From positions 3,392,001-3,456,000 of the forward strand of contig OY820579.1 in NCBI GenBank assembly GCA_963681965.1: a stretch of DNA of 64,000 nucleotides. The letters run 5' to 3'. This DNA comes from a bacterium. GTDB taxonomy: Bacteria > Electryoneota > JAOADG01. Each line of letters begins with the position of its first letter. The first letter of the stretch is position 1. The translations under genes and the position numbers were made by a program. Of the stretch, positions 9,001 to 16,062 are shown piece by piece. The notes below the pieces were generated by a model. It had not been told where the DNA came from and did not search any database. It saw nothing but the letters and a program-made list of their open reading frames with translations.

Positions 9001-11502
9001 CTGACTGGTAATGTCCGGATTGAAGTAAATCGGAATTATCCCGGTGGCACTTGGGATTCAATTTCGACGCAACCGGCAGGTAACGGTCAATATCTCTGGG
9101 CAATTACTTCTCTACCTACAACTACTGCACGGATCCGCATCAGCAGTCTGACGTTTCCCGATGTCGTCGATCTTTCCGATACTAACTTTACAATCTTTGA
9201 AGGTGTATTCCTGACGCATCCGAATGGAGGTGAATACCTGCAGATCGGTATCACGGACACGATTACCTGGATAACCGGCGCAATTACCGATTCAATTCGA
9301 ATCGAACTCAACCGGAATTATCCGACTGGCAGTTGGGATTCGATCACGACGGTCGCGAATACCGGCAACTACCTCTGGCGGGCTTCCAACCCCGCTACTA
9401 CGACTGCGCGGATACGATTGGTATCGAAAATAACGAATAATGTTTTGGCTCAATCGGCGGCAAATTTCGAGATTTACCATCCTTTGATTTATCCCAATGG
9501 CGGCGAGTCGTTTACGTTGGCGATGCCCGATACGATCCGGTGGAACTTCCACAATTATACCGGCAATATTTACGTGCAGTACACCCGGAATTATCCCGGT
9601 TCGTTTTCGACCATTTCGATGAGTGGTGCGATCCCGGCATCGCGCGGGTATTATGTCTGGACGCCAACGCAATATCCCACATCCACTTACCGGATTCGTC
9701 TGTATCCGATTTCGCGCCCGGAATTGTCCGATACTTCCGATGCGAACTTTGTTGTCGATTCATTACCGCAATTGACGTTGCTGACGCCGAACGGTGACGA
9801 TAATATTCTCGTGGGTGTTCCCGACACGATCCGGTGGACGACGTCTTACAATAGTCATATCTCGATTTACTTGTACCGGAATGGCGTTTCCGGTGCCGAA
9901 GAAGCAATCTCGAATGCCGATACAATACTGACACGGTCGGGGATGTTTGTCTGGACACCGACTGGTCCGTTATCCAATCGCGCGTTTATTCGAATCGTCG
10001 ATAATATGATCGGGGTCGAGGATTATTCGAATAGTGCCTTCCATATCGTGAATTCAAAGATCACCGTCACCCGTCCGAATGGTTTCGAACCGTTTGTTTT
10101 GGGATTACTCGATACGATCCGGTGGACTTCGGTGAATGTGAACGACAGTCTGCAAATCGACGTGAAGCGCGGCAACGGTGCGTGGGATACGATCCGGACG
10201 CGGATACCGAATACGGGATCTTTTGTCTGGCGTGTCGATGGCGCCGCTGCCGGAGCCGCCTGGATTCGTATCCGGTCGATGGCGGACAGTACGATCAGCG
10301 ATGTTTCCGATTCGTCGTTTACCATCTTCTATTTTAATTGGGCGAATACCTATCGAACGCATAATCCTAACGAAAATCCCCAGCAGACCTGGTCGCCGGA
10401 AATCCCGTACGATGCTTCGACATCGGATCGTCCGCCGGCAGATATTTATTTCGCAGCGCAATCGGGCAGTTGTGTCAATCCGGACAGTCTCGGTGTGCAC
10501 TACGTTCGCAGCGCTTCGGACGATATCTCGACCTCGACGGTCAATCGCGAATGGGATTTAACAGCTTCGAATGCGAGCTTCCAGAATGCTCAGGTGACGT
10601 TGCGCTTTACCTCGGCAGATCTACCGACCGGTATAACCGATCCGACAGTTCCGTCGGCGGGAGTGATGGCAGTCCGTTCGGAAGACGAAGGGAACAGTTG
10701 GATTTATCAACCGGGCGGGATGTGTTTTGTCGACGGCGCTGCACATAACTCCAGCGGTTCGACCACTTACCAGTTCTTCGTTACAGCGGTATCGCGGATG
10801 GCACGGTGGAAACTGATCAACAGCGGTCTTAATCCAGTGATGACAATGCCGGATAGCGGACGTCGCTGCACGATCGGTACGGTCGATACGATCCGGTGGA
10901 ATTCGGCGATCGGTGGCGGTTCGGTGAAGATCGAACTGAATCGCAATTTCCCGTCTGGCAATTGGGAGACGATCATTACCGAAACACCGAATAATGGAAT
11001 GTATCTCTGGACGGTCCCGAATTCAGCGACGACAACGGCGCGAATCCGCATCACGTCATATTGGGGCAATCCGAATGCATTGTACCCGACCGATTGCGAT
11101 ACCTGTAACGTGAACTTCTTGATCGTACCGTCCTACAGCCCGAAGCCGACAGCACCCGCCAGATTATCGGCAGAGCTAAACAGCAATGATATGATTCTGA
11201 ACTGGTCAGCGGTCACGACCGATACGACTGGTGCCGCGCTGACACCGGACGGCTACCGGATCTACTCGAGTACTACCGCGCTGGCGCCGTGGACGCTCTT
11301 GGCGACGGTCGGTGGCAGTATCACCACCTGGACCGATACTAATATCGTAGCGTCGCAATACCGGTTTTATCAGGTGCGTGCCTATTTCGGCATGTCATCC
11401 AGTTCATCGAGTACAGCCGGATCAGGGCACATCGATGATGAACGAGTCGGAACTGATGGTTCCACCACCGGATCAGTTACTCGCGCCAAGGGAGGTTGGT
11501 AA
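1..11502 (+). CDS. Giant modular secreted/surface protein A, 5'-truncated: 4 x ~500-aa beta-helix units, LVIVD repeats, BNR-type propeller, 10 Ig-like PNGGE modules, conserved unknown domain, C-terminal FN3-like domain
   Basis: Frame 1 is open from base 1 (TSALSATRPQYSIDRV precedes the ATG at 49), so the true start is upstream. Units end in TTDIDG..R....PDIGADEF. GNYAYV/LRIVDISNP (LVIVD), STNGGTTW (BNR/Asp-box) and PNGGE..DTIRW..NRNYP..W..ARIRI..DTSDANF repeats are present. Confidence 0.9.
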   Translation, partial: TSALSATRPQYSIDRVMTGTLTIGASGCDYTTFTAAIADLQTFGVQPGGVTFLVNPGNYPEFVNVTPFTGMGSGNPVVFRANGGTVTVNPTPTSSSFNVAINLIGCQYVTFDGINVNDPSTGSFFLNDGYRLTNQTATLGAQHNTIKNATILMRKISTSAGVEQTPLTTPTSAEGAQSYNTYLNLKISKVLCGLYAIGNPTYPDLNTEIGSDSVGLNYSKRFTIGAMPNDTIGRYGIVCAGQIGLTIHDCDISRIRNTSNTIYGIQLQQANLQSNENCVIKNNRIYDLLLTSSGNFYNVVGIYHDANNTNASVKYINNMIYGLQSTTTGNQNTPNYAVYGIYSAQKATFSHNTIWLDQGSGNALNCSSTCIYLSSGSQNDTIRNNIFVNTTANQTGNQRHNGLTINFTSTTYRSDYNLIYVPITASGNAVYDLYNSIAYSTLSGWQATGKDTHSLSGDPQFISTSTPYDVHILPYLAALSYRTGTPIAEVTTDIDGHTRNAATPDLGADEFTALPGLTGTKTIGATGCDYPTFAAAITDLTNRTVGAGGVTFNVSSGNYPEFVTVPRISGMGSGSPVTFRANGGTVTVNPTPTGAGTEVGIAFRGCQYVTFEGINVTDPSTGSYWLGDGYRVTNSSATTGSQNITIKNATITLRKDFQSYGIRQNCSFTPTSSAGAQSNNRYFNLKISKCYSGLYLDANSSYPDLNTEIGSDSAGLNYTNRFTIGALANDTIAYAGIYANSVSGLSIHDIDVRNVTSFSGTHAYGIYLIHPVASGTVRVSNNRINNIAAIGTTAFFRPVGIYQNNDNNAPCYYYNNFVYSLSSIAPSAPVTVDLMITGFYSLGGRCNLDNNTFLIDQGSGNSLQFCSADIYLYNQVQGADTLRNNVIANITGTQSGTVYHVGIYNSGVTSVYSNNNCFYIPSSGNGYIGDISGTNYASLTSWRTASGQDANSTASDPRFLVTTSPCDLHVQPYLTSPINGTGTAISYVTTDIDGDLRSSTTPDIGADEFTPLPGLTGTKTIGASGCDYTTFNAAITDLQNRTVGSGGVTFLVSPGIYSEFVTITPITGMGSANPVVFRANGGTVTVNPTPTTAGTQIAITLKGCRYVTFDGINVIDPSTGSFWLADAYRLTNLTTTQGAQHCTIKNSTMVMRKDFNSSGVEQSASYTPASAEGAESYNTYLNLKISKVASGMYMMGYSTYPDINTEIGSDSVGLTYSKRFTVGAMANDTITWVGIYCTSQIGLNIHDCDITRVRYTAGNIYGIQILQNNLTSSALSVVKNNRIYDMLSSTSGTFNLVYGIDHEGNNSNPSVRFINNMIYNLQSTTTSSMYTSTNSVVGIYSQQSAVIDHNTIWIDQGSDHALNCSSSAITLSNGSQNDTLRNNIIINTTANQTSSAKHRGITIGVTLTNFLADNNLYYVPNAANGSYVYISSGGTTYSTLSAWQATGRDAHSVTGDPRFISPSVPYDLHIQPYQTVPGNNAGTTSPYATTDIDGDLRNSTTPDIGADEFTALPTITGIKTIGAAGCDYPTFSAAISDMMNRSVGTGGVTFNVSSGTYNEHLFINPIPGVSATNPVIFQKASGTVEIACSGTSATSGSSDVIVYLNGCDYITFDGINVRDAGTSTSNYNEFGYYIHNYNSIDGATNLVLKNLSVSLNRADSNSIGIYQVCDTPTNATGTNSNNRYLNLKISDCQVGIELFSTSSSYWDNGNEIGSLSTSLTDTSRFTIGATGTNSIGGAADACGVSIWRQGTVNIHDCDISNIYSESGKAFGILMSGCSGTGEIKRNRIFNIYSASNAVNGMDILSGSTLTTKIYSNFIYNLNAISGLSATQNTYGIIVETGTTYIDHNSILMNTTNPNGWVSCVQILYSTNATFHNNIFYNKPAQGAASVNYTIDFDYRATLAASDNNLFYDGGYGLFAYYGVSGGNCGSLANWRSNTGNDANSRYGNPYFVADTGAIDLHVQPYRPQNTSNFGTPVSWVTTDIDGDSRNFSIPDIGADEYDLQTLTLTRPNGVEICHVGSADTILWSSTALSGNVQIQLNRNYPSGSWETIIANTANTGSYTWTVTTPESRVARIRLLSIANPLIGDTSDANFTVRQDSLNISRVGQFNTSVHAYETAVSGNYQYVATSTAGLRVVNIANPASPVEVGSYTSSGFQIQNLQVVGNYVYATDYYSGLYIFNISNPTSPQLVGTRTLEHPRGLAISGNYAYIADYSNLRIINISNPANPTQTQTFAIPGHGFDIAVQGNYAYVTTGGGGLRIVDISNPSLPSGVGYFNSTLSNGSILGIAVAGNQAYITDCSEDEKSFRVINISNPASPQLVTSTEIGVSGTSIYLARNYAYLCGDWGCRVIDLNVPTTLTTTGFYNEFTDAYQVTGNGIYAYVSDLTGVHILNTALANPLLSITAPNGSEQFTIGSNRNVTWNAYGFSSPVSISLDRNYPSGNWETIRANTDNTGSYAWTVTGSTTTTTARIRIISVDNPLIGDTSDVNFTIMGTLTLTRPVNMDWMTIGNADSICWTSSGVSGNIIIELNRNYPNGSWDTVSRSTSNIGSFNWIVSGPPTAHARARISSVNFPAVRDSSLWWSFIMPPYSSYLVWQSPLTGTATARIDVGTGSNMYAASVDQHFYYSTDNGANWTAGSTVFGSTPSAVHYFNGYIYVATTGSGIYRSNNGGVSFSQINIGLTDLTVNELAYNNGYLFAATRGGLNRSTNGGTTWFTLTSEAAATAALSPYDNKLWVVSGTGNTVYYSTNNGVSWTTANSGINSAPVVSFAFTPVAIYAGTSDGRIFVTTNGGTSWTQSLQVPGAGFYSGLGFNSNRIFFADWLGAGVFGSADNGTNWTAADSGIVSMLVFGLARSNDGSMLAATYAGIQKTNHVQDSYLTLSNNNGSDLLRYGVNDTIRWSGLGFTGNVSIQLNRNYPTSTWDTVAANVANTGSYIWNVNGASTTTARMRIASISTPTLADTSDANLAIVHPQLTVTAPNSVIILQRGGIDTIRWTASELTGNVRIEVNRNYPGGTWDSISTQPAGNGQYLWAITSLPTTTARIRISSLTFPDVVDLSDTNFTIFEGVFLTHPNGGEYLQIGITDTITWITGAITDSIRIELNRNYPTGSWDSITTVANTGNYLWRASNPATTTARIRLVSKITNNVLAQSAANFEIYHPLIYPNGGESFTLAMPDTIRWNFHNYTGNIYVQYTRNYPGSFSTISMSGAIPASRGYYVWTPTQYPTSTYRIRLYPISRPELSDTSDANFVVDSLPQLTLLTPNGDDNILVGVPDTIRWTTSYNSHISIYLYRNGVSGAEEAISNADTILTRSGMFVWTPTGPLSNRAFIRIVDNMIGVEDYSNSAFHIVNSKITVTRPNGFEPFVLGLLDTIRWTSVNVNDSLQIDVKRGNGAWDTIRTRIPNTGSFVWRVDGAAAGAAWIRIRSMADSTISDVSDSSFTIFYFNWANTYRTHNPNENPQQTWSPEIPYDASTSDRPPADIYFAAQSGSCVNPDSLGVHYVRSASDDISTSTVNREWDLTASNASFQNAQVTLRFTSADLPTGITDPTVPSAGVMAVRSEDEGNSWIYQPGGMCFVDGAAHNSSGSTTYQFFVTAVSRMARWKLINSGLNPVMTMPDSGRRCTIGTVDTIRWNSAIGGGSVKIELNRNFPSGNWETIITETPNNGMYLWTVPNSATTTARIRITSYWGNPNALYPTDCDTCNVNFLIVPSYSPKPTAPARLSAELNSNDMILNWSAVTTDTTGAALTPDGYRIYSSTTALAPWTLLATVGGSITTWTDTNIVASQYRFYQVRAYFGMSSSSSSTAGSGHIDDERVGTDGSTTGSVTRAKGGW
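49..6006 (+). repeat. Four tandem ~1.5-kb intragenic repeats encoding ~500-aa right-handed beta-helix units
   Basis: Units start near 49, 1549, 3043 and 4543 with TG(T/I)(L/K)TIGA.GCDY.TF.AAI.D and end with PD(L/I)GADE(F/Y). Confidence 0.85.
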
Positions 11503-14435
11503 TGAGTGAGCAATTGCTTGCCTCACTTGCGGCACAACTAAAAAAACTGGGAAGTACCGGCGAAAAAGCCGGTAACCCAACTCCGAAGCTGGTTCCCGGA
11601 GAGCGTCGCGAAATTGCAATCATCTTTCTCGATCTTAAGGGGTTCACGGCACTATCGGAAAAGTTGAACGATCCGGAAGCGATCAATGCGATTATCAACG
11701 GTCCGAGCGGTATCATGACGGTGCTGCATCAGATCGTCGAACGGCATGGCGGTTATGTCGACAAGTACGAAGGCGATCTGATTATGGCACTGTTCGGTGC
11801 GAAAGTCGCTTCGGAAAACGACGCCTACCGCGCCGTTAGTTGCGGCATGAAGTTGATCGAAGCAGTGTTGACGGTGGACGAAGCAGTCTCTGAACTTGGG
11901 ATTAGGATTGGTGCCCGGTGCGGAATCAATTTCGGTTGGGCGACGTTTGGTCCTGATCCATCCGGTCACCACACTGCGATGGGTACGGCAGTCAATGTCG
12001 CATCGCGTATGGAATCGAGTGCGGCGGTCAACAGCGTACAGGTCACCAGCAGGGTCGTGAAAATGACTCACGACAGCTTTATCTGGGAGGATCTCGGCGG
12101 TATCGAAGTGAAAGGTGTGGCAAAACCGGTCCACTCTTATCGACTGATCGGCTACGGCGATATTCATAAAGCGCGCTGGGAGCGGACATCGTGGATGCAG
12201 TCGGTACCATTGATCGGACGTCAGGACGAATTCGATTTTCTTTACCAGCATTGGTTATCGCTCGAAGAAGAAGTCGAGGAGAATCCCCGTGGTGGTGCGA
12301 TCCACAAGATGATTGGATTGCGTGCCGATCCCGGGTGCGGTAAATCGCGATTGGTGTTCGAATTGGTGAAGCGAGTCCAGCAAGAAAATGAGATAACATT
12401 CTTGCGCGGTCACACGATGTCGGTGGCACAACCACCGTTTTATCTCTGGGCGAATCTGTTGCGCAATTTCTTCCGGATTGTCGACGATAAACATGAGCAT
12501 ACCCGGTTCGAACAACTCTATACGGAATTCGGCTCAGCCTATGGATTGACGGATAATGCCGATTTCAACAGTTGTTATCCTTATCTATGTCATATCCTCG
12601 GATTTCATGTCGAAGAATTGTCGGAACTGGCAGATCGCGTTTTATTTCAGCAAACGAAGATGGCAATCCGCAATTTCATGCAAGTACTGGCACAGCAACT
12701 GCCGAAGCTGGTGATCTTCCTCGACGACCTGCACTGGCTCGATTCCGGATCGCAGGAAATTCTCGAATTCGTGCTGCTGAATTGCGATGCCACGCGACCG
12801 ATGTTTATCCTCACGACATTTCGACCGGATCGCGACGACGGTCAGCAGTTGGAATTGGATCTTCACGATTCGTATGTCGAATACCATGAGCGGATGCTGA
12901 CACCATTGACGCTGGAGCTGACGCACCAGCATGTGAAAGCGATGCTGGCGGCTTACAGCCCTAATACCGAAGCGTGCGATCTCGATCCAGTCGTGGTGGA
13001 GCGGATCTTCGACTTCTCGCAAGGTAATCCATTTTATACGGAAGAATTTGTGCTGGATTGGCTTGAGACCGATGCCTTGCAATTGAATGAGAACTGCTGG
13101 TCGCTGGCGCCGAACCATCACGGCGATCTCCCGAACAGCATTACCAGTTTAGTTCGGTCGCGGGTCGATCGACTGCCGCTGGAAGAGAAGCAAGTATTGC
13201 AGCAATGTTCGGTCATGGGACTGGATTTCTCGCTGCGGTTATTCCAACGGGTGAAGGCGAAGCTGGCGCAATCGGATAATGCCGAGCCACTGTTGAATGG
13301 ATTGGTGTTTCGCGATTTTCTCCGCAATGTTCGATCGTTGAAAGAAACCTCATACAAATTCAAGCTGACAATCTCGCGGACGGTCGCCTACCAGACACTA
13401 TTGCGGGAGAATCGCACACTCTTGCATCGCCTGACCGCCGAAGCGCTGGAAGAGCTGCTCGCGACCGATACCGATTATTACGCCGGAGTCTTGGCGGAAC
13501 ACTGGTTCCATGCCGGTGATCTGAACAAGGCGTTCGATTACGGTATTCGGTCGGTGAAATATTTACGACGAGCGTGGCACAATCGCGAAGCGGTCAAGCT
13601 GGGTGAGGCGATCCTGAATTGGTTCCCACCACACGACGATTATCGCCAGAATCCACACGCACAAACATATTTCGATTTGATTTATCAGCTCGAAACGATC
13701 TATGCGATCCTGGGCAAGCGAACCGAGCAGAAGCGACTGCTCGATCAATTGCAGGAATTCGTATTGATCCCGCCATTCGACGACCATGCCGCAGCAATCG
13801 TGAATCGGATGGGAAATTATCATTATTTAACCGGTGATATTTCGGATGCTGCCGAGTGTTACGAGCTGTGTCGGGAAGTGGCACAGGCGCGTGGCGATAC
13901 GAAGATTGCAGCGCAAGCGATCGGAAATCTCGGATTGATCTCGATTCAATTCCGTCGTATCGACGAAGCCGAAGCGCTCCTGAAACAATCGATCGAGATG
14001 TTGCACTCGATCGACGATCAGCACGCGGTGAATGATTTCGAGTTGAATCTCGCCGGGTTGTTTTACGAGAAGAAGGAACCGGCGGAAAGCGAGCGCTTGC
14101 TGGAACAATGCCGGGAGCGGTCGAAACGACTGCACGATCGGAGCGCCGAAGCGCGGTTATCGATCAATCTCTCAACGCTGAATCTAGAATTGGAGCAATT
14201 CGATTCAGCGATCGAAAATGCGACGATTGCATATCGTATCTTCAACGAAATCGGGGAACGAAAGAGCGAAGGGGTTGCGTTGGCTAATTTGGGGCGCGTC
14301 TATTTGCGAAAGGAGAATCGGGAAAAGGCGCGCGAGTGTCTCGAACTTGCGTTGACGATCCACCGCGAAGTGAACGACAGCAGTGCGGAAAAACGAACAC
14401 TTAAAAATTTAACCGAATTGAGTGGCAATACTTGA
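11502..14435 (+). CDS. Class III adenylate/guanylate cyclase - STAND/AAA ATPase - TPR protein (copy 1)
   Basis: Cyclase motifs FLDLKGFT, DKYEGD and TAMGTAVNVASRMES; Walker A ADPGCGKS; Walker B IFLDDLHW; C-terminal TPR-like helices. ATG at 11502 overlaps the upstream TAA (TAATG), with SD GGAGG at 11491-11495. No TM segment seen. Confidence 0.92.
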   Translation: MSEQLLASLAAQLKKLGSTGEKAGNPTPKLVPGERREIAIIFLDLKGFTALSEKLNDPEAINAIINGPSGIMTVLHQIVERHGGYVDKYEGDLIMALFGAKVASENDAYRAVSCGMKLIEAVLTVDEAVSELGIRIGARCGINFGWATFGPDPSGHHTAMGTAVNVASRMESSAAVNSVQVTSRVVKMTHDSFIWEDLGGIEVKGVAKPVHSYRLIGYGDIHKARWERTSWMQSVPLIGRQDEFDFLYQHWLSLEEEVEENPRGGAIHKMIGLRADPGCGKSRLVFELVKRVQQENEITFLRGHTMSVAQPPFYLWANLLRNFFRIVDDKHEHTRFEQLYTEFGSAYGLTDNADFNSCYPYLCHILGFHVEELSELADRVLFQQTKMAIRNFMQVLAQQLPKLVIFLDDLHWLDSGSQEILEFVLLNCDATRPMFILTTFRPDRDDGQQLELDLHDSYVEYHERMLTPLTLELTHQHVKAMLAAYSPNTEACDLDPVVVERIFDFSQGNPFYTEEFVLDWLETDALQLNENCWSLAPNHHGDLPNSITSLVRSRVDRLPLEEKQVLQQCSVMGLDFSLRLFQRVKAKLAQSDNAEPLLNGLVFRDFLRNVRSLKETSYKFKLTISRTVAYQTLLRENRTLLHRLTAEALEELLATDTDYYAGVLAEHWFHAGDLNKAFDYGIRSVKYLRRAWHNREAVKLGEAILNWFPPHDDYRQNPHAQTYFDLIYQLETIYAILGKRTEQKRLLDQLQEFVLIPPFDDHAAAIVNRMGNYHYLTGDISDAAECYELCREVAQARGDTKIAAQAIGNLGLISIQFRRIDEAEALLKQSIEMLHSIDDQHAVNDFELNLAGLFYEKKEPAESERLLEQCRERSKRLHDRSAEARLSINLSTLNLELEQFDSAIENATIAYRIFNEIGERKSEGVALANLGRVYLRKENREKARECLELALTIHREVNDSSAEKRTLKNLTELSGNT

Positions 14436-14724
14436 TCGATTGTTACTTCTTCCGCTACAATGTCATACAACACAATATCTTGACCGATTGCCACCCATTT
14501 TTCCTGATTAAGTAGTCTGGGCTTTGGAAGCTTGGAAATACTCGCACTGCTTTGAAATCGACTTCACATTAAGAGCAACAACTGTCAACTAGTATATAAA
14601 TATTTAAATTCATGTTTCATGACTAATTTCGAGTTGATAGCACAAGTGACAAATTATCAAATCTATGATCAATTATCACGGGAAAGGTGCATGATTTCGA
14701 CGAGATTTTGTCGAGATTAATACG

Positions 14725-14857
14725 ATTGGTTTAAAGTTCAAAATCACCGATAACTGTTAGTGGTATCGTCTGGTAACATTCTGTATTTCGCTAAGTATAG
14801 ATCAGAGCATCTGATTTTGGATCGAGAAAGTTGGGGTACGAATAATCCCTCAAAGCG
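14725..14857. repeat. Imperfect ~135-bp direct repeat, copy A (copy B at 33868-34001)
   Basis: Blocks ATTGGTTTAAAGTTCAAAATCACCGATAAC, TGGTAACATTCTGTATTTC and AGATCAGAGCATCTGATTTTGGAT align with copy B. Confidence 0.8.
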
Positions 14858-14880
14858 CTTTCTATTCGGGATGTTAGGTA

Positions 14881-15974
14881 TATACCATTTCTTGAAAATC
14901 GTGTCGCATTGTGATTTACTCTCACACTCGTGTTACAGATTTTACAATTTCTGGTTGATTGAGTAGCTGTTGTATTGCCCATGTTACCCGATCTCTTAGT
15001 TCTTCTCTGGACTTGCTGTACCAATGGTTGAAGTAATGCTCTTTGATATACAACCACAATCGTTCTATCGGGTTGAGATCGGGTGAATAGGGTGGCAAGA
15101 ATATTGGTTGAATATGATGCCAGTTTAACGATTTAATCTTGTGCCAACTGGCATTGTCCAGCACCATTGTTACCCTTTCGCCCTTGGTATATTCGGCGAA
15201 GTGGTCAAGGAAAATCTGGAACAGTTCCCGATCCACTTCCGGCATTTGCAGCGAAAACAACCGACCGGATAAGGGTTGTACCGCGCCCAAAATGTTTTCC
15301 CGCAAATGGGTGCCGGTAAAGGGAACCGTTTGTCGTTCTCCTTTCCGCATCCAGCGTCGGCGCGGGCGTGGATCGCCGGTAATGCCGCTTTCGTCGTAGA
15401 ACCAAATCCGATTGGGATCGCTGGCAAGCAGCGACGACAGCAGTTCTGTGAAAGCCAACCGGGCCTCGGCATCCTGTTTTGCCGGCCAGGATCGCGGCAT
15501 ATTCAAGGCAAATCGTTCATCGCGAACAAGACGGGCGAGCGTGGAATAGCCCAATTCGATGCGTAGTTCGCTACGCAATACGCCATGCAACTTGCGTAGT
15601 GTCCAGTGTGTCTGTCCGTGCTGCTCGGGATGGGTAAGCCAATCGACAACCAGAAACCGTTGTTCTTTGTTAGCTTTGCGCGGTCGTCCCGGTCGCGGTA
15701 TCCGTTTCAAACGGTCAATGCCACCGGCGTTCCAATGCTGAACCCACCGCTGTAAAGATCGCGGTACAACCGACAACACTTGACAAACTTGATTGTCCGG
15801 TAACCCTAACAAGAGCATTTTAATCCCTTGAAAGCGACAGTGCTCGTCATGGTCAACCGAACAACGAAGGGCTTCTTCGATCTCGTCCAAAGTACCATTC
15901 GCAGGATTAGGAGATAAAGGTCGCATGAAATAAAGATAAGAAACAATGCGACACTATTTATGAGAAACGGTATA
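14881..15974 (-). mobile_element. IS630-family insertion sequence with ~30-bp imperfect terminal inverted repeats and TA target duplication
   Basis: Left end TATACCATTTCTTGAAAATCGTGTCGCATTGT (14881-14912); reverse complement of right end TATACCGTTTCTCATAAATAGTGTCGCATTGT (15943-15974); TA at both outer ends. Confidence 0.9.
14922..15926 (-). CDS. IS630-family DDE transposase (single intact frame)
   Basis: N-terminal HTH and RPGRPRK; WFYDESG, VLDNASWH and LPPYSPDLNPIERLW (DDE_3 signature). Confidence 0.95.
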   Translation of the reverse strand: MRPLSPNPANGTLDEIEEALRCSVDHDEHCRFQGIKMLLLGLPDNQVCQVLSVVPRSLQRWVQHWNAGGIDRLKRIPRPGRPRKANKEQRFLVVDWLTHPEQHGQTHWTLRKLHGVLRSELRIELGYSTLARLVRDERFALNMPRSWPAKQDAEARLAFTELLSSLLASDPNRIWFYDESGITGDPRPRRRWMRKGERQTVPFTGTHLRENILGAVQPLSGRLFSLQMPEVDRELFQIFLDHFAEYTKGERVTMVLDNASWHKIKSLNWHHIQPIFLPPYSPDLNPIERLWLYIKEHYFNHWYSKSREELRDRVTWAIQQLLNQPEIVKSVTRV

Positions 15975-16062
15975 AGCCATTTTATTTGTCTCGAAATCAG
16001 CCCCCTAACTTAAAATAGAAGAGAAAGCTAGGTATTAAAAAAATGAGATGCTAAAGACTCAT

